DNA of 64,000 nucleotides from an uncultured Collinsella sp. (GCA_958370325.1 CATXJW010000003.1:8352-72351); one strand, 5' to 3'; positions 43,848-55,861 are shown, counted from the first letter of the stretch. Numbers and translations are program-made. The notes: generated by a model from the letters alone, not told the origin.

Positions 43848-46475
43848 CTACTCGGCGTCGGGGACCTCGTAGGTGGCCGCCGGCGTGTTGTCGCACACGA
43901 CGGTAAAGCCGCCGTCCTTGTCGGCATCGACCGTCACCTGATCGCCCTCGCGCACCGTGCCGTCGATGATGGCGGCGGCGATGGCGTCCACGACCTCGCG
44001 CTGGACCAGGCGCTTGAGCGGACGGGCACCGAACACGGGGTCCAGGCCACCCACGGCGAGCATCTGCTTGGCCGCCGGGGTGATGGCAAGCGTCATGCGC
44101 TCCTTGGCCAGACGCGCGCGGACGTCGGCAAGCTGGATGTCGACGATCTTCTCGATCTGCGCCATGCCGAGCGGATGGAACACCACGATATCGTCGATAC
44201 GGTTGAGGAACTCGGGGCGGAAGGTCTGAGCCATGGCCGCGTCGACCTGATGGCGCATCCCCTCCTCGTCCTTGCCGGAAAGCTCGGCGATAGCCTTGGA
44301 GCCCACATTAGACGTCATGATGATGATCGTGTTCTTGAAGGACACCTGACGACCCTGGCCATCGGTCAGACGGCCGTCATCAAGCACCTGCAGCAGCACG
44401 TTAAAGACATCCGGATGAGCCTTCTCCATCTCGTCGAGCAAGATCACGGAGTACGGACGACGGCGCACGGCCTCGGTGAGCTGGCCGCCCTCGTCGTAAC
44501 CCACGTATCCCGGGGGCGCACCGATCAGACGCTGGACGCTGAACTTCTCCATGTACTCGGACATGTCGATACGCACAAGTGCGCGCTCGTCGTCGAACAG
44601 GCACTCGGCCAGCGCCTTGGCGAGCTCGGTCTTGCCCACGCCGGTGGGGCCCAAGAAGAAGAAGCTGCCGATGGGCTTGTCCGGATCGGAGAGGCCCGCG
44701 CGGCTGCGGCGCACAGCTGCGGCGACGGCGGAGACGGCCTCGTCCTGACCGATGACGCGCTTATGCAGCTCACCCTCCAAGCCCTTGAGCTTGTCGAGCT
44801 CGCCCTGCATCATCTTGGACACGGGCACGCCGGTCCAGGCGCTCACGACCTCGGCGATCTCGTCGGAGGTCACCTGCTCGTTGAGGCCCTCGCCGTCCTG
44901 CTGCTTTTGTGCCTCGAGCGCAGCCTCGGAATCCTGAATCTGCTGCTGCAAACCCGGAATCACGGAGTAGCGCAGCTCGGACGCACGGCCCAAATCTCCG
45001 TTGCGCGTCGCGCGCTCCTCTTCGCTCTTGGCCTCGTCGAGCTGGCCTTTGAGCTCCTGCACGTGGTCGATGGCGTTCTTTTGGTTGAGCCAGCCGGCCT
45101 TTTGCACGTTGAGCTTTTCTTGGACCTCGGCGATCTCTTGGCGCAGGGCCTCCAGACGCTCCTTGGAGGCCTCGTCGGTCTCCTTCATGAGCGCCTGCTC
45201 CTCAATCTGCAGCTGGGTGAGCTGACGCGTGGTGGCGTCGATCTCGACCGGCATGCTGTCGAGCTCCATGCGCAGGCGGCTTGCGGCCTCATCGACCAGG
45301 TCGATGGCCTTATCGGGCAGGAAGCGGTCAGCGATGTAGCGATCGGAGAGGTCGGCGGCGGCCACGAGCGCGCTATCGGTGATGTGCACGCCGTGGAAGA
45401 TCTCGTACTTCTCCTTGAGGCCACGCAGAATCGAGATGGTGTCTTCGACGGTAGGCTCGGAGACCATCACGGTTTGGAAACGACGCGCGAGCGCCGCGTC
45501 CTTCTCAATGTACATGCGGTATTCGTCAAGCGTAGTCGCGCCGATCGCGTGCAAGTCGCCACGGGCGAGCGCCGGCTTGAGGATGTTGCCGGCGTCCATG
45601 GAGCCCTCGGTGGCACCCGCGCCCACGATGGTGTGTAGCTCATCGATGAACAGGATGACCTTGCCCTCGGATTTTTGCACTTCCTTGAGCACAGCCTTCA
45701 AGCGGTCCTCGAACTCGCCGCGGTACTTGGCGCCGGCGACCAGCGCGCTCATGTCGAGCTCGATGAGGTCGCGGTCGCGCAGCGTGCTCGGCACGTCGCC
45801 GGCCACGATACGCTGGGCGATGCCCTCGACGATGGCCGTCTTGCCGACGCCCGGCTCGCCAATGAGCACGGGGTTGTTCTTGGTGCGGCGGGACAGGACC
45901 TGGATGGTACGGCGAATCTCATCGGTACGGCCGATGACCGGGTCGAGCTTGCCGGCGCGGGCTAGGTCGCAGATGTTGCGACCGTACTGCTCCAGCGCCT
46001 CAAACTGCGTCTTGTCCTCGGCAGACGTCACGCGATCATCGCCGCGCAGCTCCTCGTAGACCTGCTCGATGCGCTCCTTGGTGACGCCTGCGTCGCGCAG
46101 CACGCGGCCAGCCTCGCCCTTGTCCTCGGCAAGCGCCATCAGCAGATGCTCGGTCACCACAAAGCTGTCGCCCATCTTGGTGGCCTTCTTCTCGGCCTTT
46201 TCGATGACGCGGACAAGCTCGTTGGACAGGCCCATCTGCTGACCCTCGCCCGAAACCTTGGGCGCATGGTCGATGGCATCCTGTGTGGAACGTGCGAGCT
46301 GGGCCGGGTCGGCACCGATGCGTTCGATGATCACGGAGATATTGCGCTCGCCGGCACCGAGCAGGGCAGACAGCAGGTGAATCGGCTCCACCGCGCCGGC
46401 CTGCGCGTCGGCAGCCGTGCTCATGGCGGTCTGTAACGCCTCGCGCGACGTCATTGCTAGCTTATCGATTCTCAT
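43848..46475 (-). CDS. clpB: ClpB disaggregase (AAA+ chaperone)
   Basis: 875 aa with a Clp N-domain, two AAA+ modules ([27 protein letters not shown]) and a long middle coiled coil. Confidence 0.95.
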   Translation of the reverse strand: MRIDKLAMTSREALQTAMSTAADAQAGAVEPIHLLSALLGAGERNISVIIERIGADPAQLARSTQDAIDHAPKVSGEGQQMGLSNELVRVIEKAEKKATKMGDSFVVTEHLLMALAEDKGEAGRVLRDAGVTKERIEQVYEELRGDDRVTSAEDKTQFEALEQYGRNICDLARAGKLDPVIGRTDEIRRTIQVLSRRTKNNPVLIGEPGVGKTAIVEGIAQRIVAGDVPSTLRDRDLIELDMSALVAGAKYRGEFEDRLKAVLKEVQKSEGKVILFIDELHTIVGAGATEGSMDAGNILKPALARGDLHAIGATTLDEYRMYIEKDAALARRFQTVMVSEPTVEDTISILRGLKEKYEIFHGVHITDSALVAAADLSDRYIADRFLPDKAIDLVDEAASRLRMELDSMPVEIDATTRQLTQLQIEEQALMKETDEASKERLEALRQEIAEVQEKLNVQKAGWLNQKNAIDHVQELKGQLDEAKSEEERATRNGDLGRASELRYSVIPGLQQQIQDSEAALEAQKQQDGEGLNEQVTSDEIAEVVSAWTGVPVSKMMQGELDKLKGLEGELHKRVIGQDEAVSAVAAAVRRSRAGLSDPDKPIGSFFFLGPTGVGKTELAKALAECLFDDERALVRIDMSEYMEKFSVQRLIGAPPGYVGYDEGGQLTEAVRRRPYSVILLDEMEKAHPDVFNVLLQVLDDGRLTDGQGRQVSFKNTIIIMTSNVGSKAIAELSGKDEEGMRHQVDAAMAQTFRPEFLNRIDDIVVFHPLGMAQIEKIVDIQLADVRARLAKERMTLAITPAAKQMLAVGGLDPVFGARPLKRLVQREVVDAIAAAIIDGTVREGDQVTVDADKDGGFTVVCDNTPAATYEVPDAE

Positions 46476-46563
46476 GGAATCACCTCTCTTGGGGCGGCCG
46501 CCCTACGGGGCGGCTTCACGTTGTTCGAGAAGTATTGTTGCCAGCTTTGTACGATCTTATACA

Positions 46564-46592
46564 CAAATCTAAGTCTCTATATATAAGATTTT
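46564..46592 (-). promoter_or_regulatory. candidate HspR operator (shared clpB/dnaK upstream box)
   Basis: CAAATCTAAGTCTCTATATATAAGATTTT lies 89-117 nt upstream of the clpB ATG. Nearly the same box occurs at 55862-55892, upstream of dnaK. Confidence 0.5.
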
Positions 46593-46650
46593 CTGAGTGA
46601 TTAAGTGATAGGGAGCAGGCACGCTCGCCCGCTGCGGCCTCGTCCCCTTA

Positions 46651-46870
46651 CTATCTCAATCTGCAACATCTAGCGGCTGTTTATGGCTCTAGATGTTACA
46701 GATCGAGATGAAATGACCAGCGGCACCCGTTTATCTAAATCTGTAACATCTAGTCAGCAAATAGAGCTCTATCTGTTACAAATCGAGACGAACAGAAAAC
46801 ACCCGGATCAAAAATCTAAATCTGTAACACCAGGCCCACTTTTAGCGGCCAAGATGTTACAGATCGAGAC
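46651..46870. repeat. three tandem ~80-bp units, each with an internal inverted repeat
   Basis: Left arms ATCTG(C/T)AACA(TCTAG) start at 46659, 46739 and 46820. Right arms (CTAG)ATGTTACAGATCGAGA(T/C) start at 46689, 46769 and about 46851. The arms are conserved and the loops and linkers are not. Confidence 0.75.
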
Positions 46871-46880
46871 AGACCGAAAA

Positions 46881-46913
46881 CCACCACAAAGAGGACAGGC
46901 ACCTTTGTGGTGG
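46881..46913. repeat. 33-bp hairpin repeat, copy 1 (acts as terminator of the 46923-47633 gene)
   Basis: CCACCACAAAG-aggacaggcac-CTTTGTGGTGG. On the minus strand it is followed by TTTTCGG. Confidence 0.7.
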
Positions 46914-46922
46914 TCGCGGTCT

Positions 46923-47633
46923 CTACTCCTTCGCCGAACCCGTACTTCCCGATTCGACGGTCCAGGGCATCTCATCCTCGAACAGCCATGTACGGGCAGA
47001 CCCACTATCGCGTGCAGTCTGCGGGTCAGGCAAGCAGGTCTGTTTATAGGCATCTTGGATACACTGACCCATAAAATCGTTGAGCTCGGTCTGGTCGCCC
47101 TCCATGACATAGGCGACATCACCGTCCATGATGTAGATGCCCGGACCCTCATTGCCCTCGTAGCCGGGATCGTACGAAACATCACATAACTTGGCGCCAT
47201 TCGCGGTGTCCAACTCGATGGACGAGCGGCATCCGCCAACCATGTCATTCGCTTTTGCCCGATAGGACGCATATCCATACCAGCGCTTAAAGGTTTTGCC
47301 CCTGAGCAGCTCGGACGCCCTGTCGATCAGACTAGAATCCGTGGTATAGCGCATAGCCCCAAGCTGAATACGTGGATAATTACTAATGCCCAGCGCAGCC
47401 GGTTGCTCATCAAAATCAACGGTAATGGTCTCGGGCTTGTCGTCGCCGGTCAGAAGTTCGACAGATTGAGTCACAGGCTTGACCACCGGCTCCGTCACCG
47501 CAGCAGGTAGAAATGCCATACCGACAGCGCCCGCGCCAACCACAGCGATCGCAAGCGCCAAGACAATCAATCCAATACGGGCAGAACGGCTCACGGCAAA
47601 ACACCCCACAATGCAAACCTTCGCCACCTGCAC
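46923..47633 (-). CDS. hypothetical signal-anchored protein
   Basis: 236-aa ORF with a GTG start as given in the track, so the start is uncertain. It has an N-terminal TM (IGLIVLALAIAVVGAGAVGMAF). GC is lower than in flanking genes. No family was recognised. Confidence 0.5.
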   Translation of the reverse strand: MQVAKVCIVGCFAVSRSARIGLIVLALAIAVVGAGAVGMAFLPAAVTEPVVKPVTQSVELLTGDDKPETITVDFDEQPAALGISNYPRIQLGAMRYTTDSSLIDRASELLRGKTFKRWYGYASYRAKANDMVGGCRSSIELDTANGAKLCDVSYDPGYEGNEGPGIYIMDGDVAYVMEGDQTELNDFMGQCIQDAYKQTCLPDPQTARDSGSARTWLFEDEMPWTVESGSTGSAKE

Positions 47634-47684
47634 TAATGATACCGCCAGCTAACACTATTACCAAAAGAAGCCGCGCGCTCCTCA

Positions 47685-47717
47685 CCACCACAAAGGGGAC
47701 AGGCACCTTTGTGGTGG
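47685..47717. repeat. 33-bp hairpin repeat, copy 2
   Basis: CCACCACAAAGG-ggacaggca-CCTTTGTGGTGG followed by TTTTCG on the plus strand. It lies between the two divergent orphan genes. Confidence 0.7.
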
Positions 47718-47828
47718 TTTTCGACGCTAACGGTCGACCATCTCGCGCCATGAGATTAAACTTGAATTGTTCTCTGAACATATCCATTTCTGCCTATCCT
47801 CAACAGATCTTTGTCTCGAGGAGCGCAT

Positions 47829-48497
47829 ATGAAGCCGCCTCATTCCACCGGTCGCAACATCATCGCCATTCTCGCCGTACCCATCGTGATGCTCTTCCTT
47901 ATCGCCATCACGCCCTTTTCCCTTGGTATCGCCTCGCCCTTCGATTTGTGCGGGATGGTCGACGCCGGCTCGCGTGCCACCTCGCTCTCCTTTATCTGCC
48001 GTGGTGTGTTCTACGAAGACGCAATTCCCACCGGAAGTTGGCGGTCAAAGTTACCGCTGCTCGGTCAAATCGACGGACAGTCTCCTTATTTCTGCTTTGA
48101 ACCTCAGACGATGAATTATTTGATCGACGACCAGCCGCTTTCCTCCGTCTCCCTCGCCTACGACTACATGCCAAACGCCGACGAGCGCCACATGAACCAA
48201 GTCCTCGACAAGATGCTTGGACAGTGCGGGCTCACCGAGGAGGCCGGTCGAACCATCTATAGCAACCAGAAATTAAAGCGAACAGAACTCCGCCGTGTCG
48301 GAAAAATCAAAGGGCGAAACGGGGCCGCCTACTGGGATGCCTGGGCAACACGCGACAAGGGCGAATTCGGACACAGCACCTATATGGTCACTGTCTACAC
48401 CAAAGACGGAATTAAGGACAATGTTGACGATTTCGCGTCATCCAAACTCGGCATCCCCAAAACAACCAAGACTCCCGGCCTGGATGAAATTCTGTAG
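47829..48497 (+). CDS. hypothetical signal-anchored protein
   Basis: ATG at 47829 behind GAGGAG. It has an N-terminal TM (IIAILAVPIVMLFLIAITPF). GC is lower than in flanking genes. No family was recognised. Confidence 0.5.
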   Translation: MKPPHSTGRNIIAILAVPIVMLFLIAITPFSLGIASPFDLCGMVDAGSRATSLSFICRGVFYEDAIPTGSWRSKLPLLGQIDGQSPYFCFEPQTMNYLIDDQPLSSVSLAYDYMPNADERHMNQVLDKMLGQCGLTEEAGRTIYSNQKLKRTELRRVGKIKGRNGAAYWDAWATRDKGEFGHSTYMVTVYTKDGIKDNVDDFASSKLGIPKTTKTPGLDEIL

Positions 48498-48551
48498 AGC
48501 CGCCCATTAACATGCCGCTCACCGATCACAACAACATCGAGCTCGTCCCCA

Positions 48552-48584
48552 CCACCACAAAGGTGTCTGTCCCCTTTATGGTGG
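48552..48584. repeat. 33-bp hairpin repeat, copy 3 (inverted orientation)
   Basis: CCACCACAAAGG-tgtctgtcc-CCTTTATGGTGG. The loop is the reverse complement of the GGGACAG(G/A)CAC loop in copies 1 and 2. Confidence 0.7.
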
Positions 48585-48765
48585 TCCAAAAAAGAAACCG
48601 CCCCGATATCAGAGGCGGCATCAAGCAAGTCTATTTATTAGCGTCCCTCAAGACCCAACGAGAACGCAAAAATGTAGCACGGGGCTTACCCTTTCCCGAA
48701 CGCGACCCTCGCGAAGCGCGTGAGCGGGCGGGAAAGGGTAAGCCCCGGGCGGACAATTAAGTGCG

Positions 48766-51066
48766 TTACTCGGCAGCGGCCTTGAACTTGTTGTAGTTGA
48801 TCAGGCAGCCGGCCTTGACGATGGCGCGCTCCTCTGCCGTCATATCGGCAATATAGAGCTCAATCTGCTCGACCGCACCGTCGGCACGCACCACGTAGGC
48901 GGCGATGTTCTTGAGGTCGCCATCGAGCGCGGCACGGATACCCGGCACAAATACGTAGTCGCCCACCTCAAAGTTGGGCTCGGCCTCCATCTGGAAGGGC
49001 ACCATGCCCCAGTTCATGACGTTGGAGCGATAGCGCTTGGTGGCGTACTCGTGGACGATGTTGGCCAGGCCGCCGATCACGCGCTGGCAGCTCGCAGCCT
49101 GCTCGCGGGCAGAACCGTCGCCCGGCTTCTTGGCGTAGAGCATGGAGCCAAACTCGGTCGCCTTGGCATCGGCCGCGACGCCCGCGCCGGCCAGCGCCTC
49201 GAACACGCCGGCAAGCTCGGCATCGAGCGCCGCCAGGTCGCCTGCGGACTCACCGGCAACGCGGCGCTTTTCCACCGCGTCGACCTCCTTGGAGCGGCCC
49301 ACGTAGGCCGGATCGCGACGGCTCAGCGTAAACTCGGCCAGGCCCAGCGGGTTGGAGCGGAAGGAACTCGTCTCGCCCGAGGGAATGAGCTCGTCGGTCG
49401 TGGTGACCGGGTCCATGATCTTGGAGCACACCTTGAGCAGGATGTCGTCGCCGAGCGGCTCCATCGCGGGCCACGGCTTGATGTTGGGACCCTCGACCAG
49501 CTCGTCTGCCGGCTCGGCCTTGCCAAAGCCCCAGTACACGCGCTTCTTGTAGGGAGCGTCATCGAAGGTGTACTCGCAGGCCTCGTCCCAGGTGTCCTCG
49601 GGCAGGTCGGTCGCCGGCGTCAGGACGCCGCCGTTGGCAGCCGTCGCCGCGATGGAGCGGGCGTCCATCAGGGCCACGGCGCTCAGCTGGCCATTACCCG
49701 GCTTGGAACCCTCGCGGTTGGGGAAATTGCGCGTAGTGTGGCGGATGGACAGGCCGTTGTTGGCAGGCGTGTCGCCGGCGCCAAAGCACGGGCCGCAGAA
49801 TGCCGTGCGCACGATCGCGCCGGCCTCCATAAGGTCGTAGATGTAGCCGCGGCGCGTAAGCTCGAGCGCCACGGGCTGGCTCGTGGGATAGACCGACAGC
49901 GAGAACTCGCCGCAGCCGGTGTTGGCGCCCTTGAGTACGCGGGCAGCCTGAACCACGGAGTCGTAGTTGCCGCCCGAGCAGCCGGCGATAACGCCCTGCT
50001 GCACGTGCAGTTTGCCGTCGACGATCTTGTCGAGCAGGCTAAAGTGCGTCTTACCCTCGCCGATCTTGGCGGCCTCGAGCTCCACCTCGTGAAGGATGTC
50101 CTCGAGGTTCTCATTGAGCTCGTCGATCTCAAAGCCGTTGGAAGGATGGAACGGCAACGCGATCATGGGTTTGATGCTCGACAGGTCGACCTCGACGCAG
50201 CCGTCGTAGTAGGCGACATCAGCGGGCTTGAGCTCGCGGTAGTCGTCGCCGCGGCCGTGCATGGTCAAAAACGCGTGCGTATCCTCGTCGGTTGCCCAGA
50301 TGGAGGAAAGGCAGGTGGTCTCGGTGGTCATGACGTCGACGCCGTTGCGATAGTCAGTCGTCATGCTCGCGATGCCGGGGCCCACAAACTCCATGACCTT
50401 GTTCTTGACGTAGCCCTTGGCAAAGACGGCACGGATGATGGCGAGCGCCACGTCGTGCGGGCCGACGCCGGGGCGCGGGGAACCCGTGAGGTAGATGGCG
50501 ACGACGCCGGGATAGGCGACATCGTAGGTGTCACGCAGCAGCTGCTTTGCCAGCTCGCCGCCGCCCTCGCCCACGGCCATGGTGCCCAGGGCGCCGTAAC
50601 GGGTGTGCGAGTCGGAACCCAGGATCATCTTGCCGCAACCGGCAAAGTTCTCGCGCATAAAGGAGTGGATAACGGCGATGTGCGGCGGGACGAAGATGCC
50701 GCCGTACTTCTTGGCCGCGGAAAGGCCAAAGACGTGGTCGTCCTCGTTGATGGTGCCGCCCACGGCGCACAGCGAGTTGTGGCAGTTGGTGAGCACGTAA
50801 GGCAGCGGGAACTGCTCCATGCCCGAGGCGCGCGCCGTCTGGATGATGCCGACAAAGGTAATATCGTGGCTCGCCATGGCATCGAAGCGAATCTTGAGCG
50901 CCTCGGGGTCGCCGGACGTATTGTGTGCCTGGAGGATCGAATACGCGATGGTGCCGCGCTTGGCATCCTCGGGCGTCTGCGTAATGCCGCGCTCAGCGGC
51001 CTCGGCCGCAGGCACAACCTCGCTGCCGCCGCGCAGGTAGATGCCATCCTCATACAGCTTGACCAT
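48766..51066 (-). CDS. aconitase-family hydratase (aconitate hydratase-like)
   Basis: 766 aa from the ATG at 51066. It has GSDSHT, the CGPCFGAGD cluster ligands, and a C-terminal swivel domain with [10 protein letters not shown]. Confidence 0.8.
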   Translation of the reverse strand: MVKLYEDGIYLRGGSEVVPAAEAAERGITQTPEDAKRGTIAYSILQAHNTSGDPEALKIRFDAMASHDITFVGIIQTARASGMEQFPLPYVLTNCHNSLCAVGGTINEDDHVFGLSAAKKYGGIFVPPHIAVIHSFMRENFAGCGKMILGSDSHTRYGALGTMAVGEGGGELAKQLLRDTYDVAYPGVVAIYLTGSPRPGVGPHDVALAIIRAVFAKGYVKNKVMEFVGPGIASMTTDYRNGVDVMTTETTCLSSIWATDEDTHAFLTMHGRGDDYRELKPADVAYYDGCVEVDLSSIKPMIALPFHPSNGFEIDELNENLEDILHEVELEAAKIGEGKTHFSLLDKIVDGKLHVQQGVIAGCSGGNYDSVVQAARVLKGANTGCGEFSLSVYPTSQPVALELTRRGYIYDLMEAGAIVRTAFCGPCFGAGDTPANNGLSIRHTTRNFPNREGSKPGNGQLSAVALMDARSIAATAANGGVLTPATDLPEDTWDEACEYTFDDAPYKKRVYWGFGKAEPADELVEGPNIKPWPAMEPLGDDILLKVCSKIMDPVTTTDELIPSGETSSFRSNPLGLAEFTLSRRDPAYVGRSKEVDAVEKRRVAGESAGDLAALDAELAGVFEALAGAGVAADAKATEFGSMLYAKKPGDGSAREQAASCQRVIGGLANIVHEYATKRYRSNVMNWGMVPFQMEAEPNFEVGDYVFVPGIRAALDGDLKNIAAYVVRADGAVEQIELYIADMTAEERAIVKAGCLINYNKFKAAAE

Positions 51067-51221
51067 ACTGTCTCCCACTCTGCCCGAAAGGCTCGGGCGC
51101 ATAGCATACATTCGTTCAATATCGTGCCATAGAACGGTTGCGAGTGGGTTACGAATCTACACGTTCACTTTATCTCAGTAAAGCATAAGACGAGCCCGGT
51201 GTAGTGACATCAGACTTGGTG

Positions 51222-51269
51222 CAAGGAGTGTCCCAAAGTTCCGGCACAAAAGGAACGTCCCCAAGTGCC
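51222..51269. repeat. short dispersed repeat (GGGAC-core family), copy 2 of 2
   Basis: CAAGGAGTGTCCCAAAGTTCCGGCACAAAAGGAACGTCCCCAAGTGCC. Compare with 10872-10912. Confidence 0.55.
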
Positions 51270-51307
51270 AAACTACCCTACTCCGGCAACGCCGATGTTT
51301 TGGCGCG

Positions 51308-51426
51308 GACAGCGAAAGCCCGCCAGAGCGAGCAAGGTGCCTTAAAACAAGGCGGCATTGACCTTCTGGTCATGCCGCCGAAGTTGAAAGGCAGATTGCC
51401 GCTCTGGCGGGCTTGCAGCGTCGAGC
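51308..51426. ncRNA. structured intergenic element, copy A (candidate ncRNA or structured repeat; strand unknown)
   Basis: Conserved single-stranded blocks CAGCGAAA, AGCAAGG, GATTGC and TTGCAGCGTCG are shared with copy B at 56657-56774. Three helices differ in sequence between the copies but stay complementary. Confidence 0.5.
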
Positions 51427-51453
51427 CGTTACGCGGTTCGTAGAACCGCGTAA

Positions 51454-51870
51454 CTACAAATCCCCGCCGGCGCCCAAAAGCTTGCGCATGACTTGCTCGG
51501 GGTTGACCGAGCCGTCGCGCGGGGCCAGGGCGGTGATCTTCTTTTGCATCTTGTACTCGTGCAGCTCGTCCTCGAGCTGACGTACGCGGGCGCGGAGCTT
51601 CTCGTTCTCGCGCTCGCGCTCCTCAGCACGCTCCTTCATATCGAGGATGCGCACCACGCCGGCGAGGTTGATGCCCTCGTCGGTCAGTTGGTTGATGAGC
51701 TCCAGGCGCTCGATATCGGCACGCGAATACAGGCGCGTGTTACCGCCCGAGCGCTGAGGATTCACCAGGCCCTTGGACTCGTAGACGCGCAGAGTCTGCG
51801 GATGCATGCCGGTCAGCTCGGCCGCCACGCTGATCATATACAGCGGTTTGTTCCTATTGTCCTCGGCCAT
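51454..51870 (-). CDS. hspR: HspR-type MerR-family heat-shock repressor
   Basis: PLYMISVAAELTGMHPQTLRVYESKGLVNPQRSGGNTRLYS is a MerR HTH. It is the last gene of the dnaK operon, as in other Actinomycetota. Start set to the ATG at 51870. Confidence 0.85.
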   Translation of the reverse strand: MAEDNRNKPLYMISVAAELTGMHPQTLRVYESKGLVNPQRSGGNTRLYSRADIERLELINQLTDEGINLAGVVRILDMKERAEERERENEKLRARVRQLEDELHEYKMQKKITALAPRDGSVNPEQVMRKLLGAGGDL

Positions 51871-51943
51871 GCTACCTGACCCCTTTCCGTCTCGCACATC
51901 TCCATCATAAGCCTGCGGCCAGCCCGTGGGCCACGCAACCAAA

Positions 51944-52909
51944 CTAGAACGTCGCCTTGTAACGGTTGACCTTCTCGCGATAATCGCGCGTGTCGGCCTC
52001 GCGCAGCTTGGTCATGGCATCGCGCTCATCGTCGGACAGGCTCGTGGGAACCTGCACCTTGATCTCGACGAGCAGCGCACCCGTGCGCCCGCGATGCTTA
52101 ACATCGGGCGCGCCCATCTCCTTAAAGCGGAACTTCTTCCCCGTCTGGGTGCCAGCGGGCACCTTCAGACGAACCGTCGCGCCGCCGGGCGTGGGCACAT
52201 CCACCGTGCAGCCGAGCGCCGCCTCGTAGACCGATACCGGTACCTCCATGGTCACGTCGGCACCTTTGCGCTTAAACAGCGGGTGCTCCTCTACATGCGT
52301 GGTCACGACCAGGTCGCCGCGCTCGCCTCCGGCAACGCCGTACTCGCCGCGGCGCTTGTAGCGCAATTTGCCGCCGTCGACCGCACCCGCAGGCACCGAG
52401 ACTGTGATGGTCTGCTGCTCGCCCGTCGAGGGAATACGGTAGGTGACCTTGTGCGTCACGCCGCGGAACGCGTCCTCGGCCGTTACGTCGACAGTCAGCG
52501 ACAGGTCGCCGCCCTTGCGCGCGCGGTTGCGGCCCGCGCCCGCACCGGCAGCGCCCGCAGCCCCGGCAAAGCCCGAGCCCCAATCGCTGCCCCAGGCGCC
52601 GTTGCCACTAAAGATGCTGTCGAAGATATCGCCCCAGCCGCTCGCGCCGGCACCGGCGCCGTAGCCGCCGCTATACGCGCCGCCCGCGCCCGGCATGCCG
52701 CCAAACATGAGCATCTGGTCGTACTCTTTGCGCTTCTTCTCGTCCGAAAGCGTCTCGTAGGCCTCGCTGATCTCCTTGAACTTGGCCTCGTCGCCGCCGG
52801 CATCGGGGTGATATTTTTGCGCGAGCTTGCGAAACGCGCTCTTGATCTCTTTGTCGGAGGCGCTCTTGGATACGCCCAGGATGTCATAGAAGGTTTTGCC
52901 TGCAGCCAT
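51944..52909 (-). CDS. dnaJ: J-domain co-chaperone lacking the Cys-rich zinc-finger domain (CbpA/class B-like)
   Basis: J domain ([30 protein letters not shown]), a Gly-rich region and C-terminal substrate-binding domains. There are no CxxCxGxG repeats. Confidence 0.85.
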   Translation of the reverse strand: MAAGKTFYDILGVSKSASDKEIKSAFRKLAQKYHPDAGGDEAKFKEISEAYETLSDEKKRKEYDQMLMFGGMPGAGGAYSGGYGAGAGASGWGDIFDSIFSGNGAWGSDWGSGFAGAAGAAGAGAGRNRARKGGDLSLTVDVTAEDAFRGVTHKVTYRIPSTGEQQTITVSVPAGAVDGGKLRYKRRGEYGVAGGERGDLVVTTHVEEHPLFKRKGADVTMEVPVSVYEAALGCTVDVPTPGGATVRLKVPAGTQTGKKFRFKEMGAPDVKHRGRTGALLVEIKVQVPTSLSDDERDAMTKLREADTRDYREKVNRYKATF

Positions 52910-53017
52910 CGTAGCTCCTCTCCTGTTACGTCCGCCGTCCATGCAGACGACGGCTCATGCTTTCATATGGCACTAGGCCAGAAAGGGCCCCGGGTGTTGC
53001 CCCGGGGCCCTTCTCAA

Positions 53018-53860
53018 TTACTCCTCGGTGCTCTCGGCCGTATCGGCCGCGGCATCCTCGGGCGCCGCTTCGGGCTCCGGTGCGGGGCGCTTCTCGCCAC
53101 CGTAGGTCACCGTCACCATCGCGGAGCGCAGGATGCGGTCCGCCATGCGGTAGCCCTTCTGGTACACGTCGTTGACGGTCTCGTCGTACTGCGATGCGTC
53201 CTCGACACGCCCCACGGCCTGGTGCTCGAGCGGATCGAACGCCTCGCCCTTGGGGTCGATGGGCTCAACGCCCTCGTGCGCAAACACATCGAGCAGCTTG
53301 GCATGCACCGCATCGACGCCATCGACGAACTGCTTAAAATCGTCGGAAAGCTCCTGGCTACGGGCATGGTCGATTGCACGCTCGATATCGTCGATCACTG
53401 GCAGCAGCGCAGTGACGAGTTTCTCGGTCGCGCGCTCGCGCTCGGCGATACGCTCGCTGGCGGTGCGGCGACGGAAGTTCTCCCAGTCGGCCTGCAGACG
53501 GGCGGTGCGCTCGGTGGCGTCCTTCGCCTTGTCCTCGGCAGCCTTCTGAGCCTCTGCCGCAGCTTCGAGCTCATGACGCACGTCGGCAAGCTCCTTTTGG
53601 GCCTGCTCGAACTTGAGCTTAAAGTCGTTGTCGGCGGCTTCCTCACCGGCGCGGATAGCGGCTTCCACCATCTCGTCCTCGGTCATCGTCGCCTCCTTGT
53701 TGGAATCCTCTACCTGGTTCTCGGCAGCCTCGGCGGCCTCGGCCTCGTTGGCCTCGGTATCGTCGACGGCCTCTACGGGAATCTTCACGTCCTTCTCCTC
53801 AGAGTCAACGGGGGCGGCGCCAGCGGCGGCCGCCTCCGTGCGAGCTTTACGGGCGGACAT
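53018..53860 (-). CDS. grpE: nucleotide exchange factor GrpE
   Basis: The coiled-coil N-terminus plus ...DWENFRRR...GVEPIDPKGEAFDPLEHQAV... are GrpE signatures. Confidence 0.9.
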   Translation of the reverse strand: MSARKARTEAAAAGAAPVDSEEKDVKIPVEAVDDTEANEAEAAEAAENQVEDSNKEATMTEDEMVEAAIRAGEEAADNDFKLKFEQAQKELADVRHELEAAAEAQKAAEDKAKDATERTARLQADWENFRRRTASERIAERERATEKLVTALLPVIDDIERAIDHARSQELSDDFKQFVDGVDAVHAKLLDVFAHEGVEPIDPKGEAFDPLEHQAVGRVEDASQYDETVNDVYQKGYRMADRILRSAMVTVTYGGEKRPAPEPEAAPEDAAADTAESTEE

Positions 53861-53862
53861 GA

Positions 53863-55755
<1,893 letters not shown>

Positions 55756-55861
55756 TAGAAATTCCCTCTCTCTTTTGCGTTCGCGCCGCCTCGACGGTCT
55801 GTCACGCGGCGCTTCTGCTTGTCTTTCAGGATGTAGTGTATCCCCTTATGGGCCGGAATAT

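Noticed and set aside
46651-46870. Possible CRISPR array
   Set aside because: There are only three units. The conserved segments alternate as inverted, not direct, repeats, the unit length is ~80 bp, and no cas genes are in the window.
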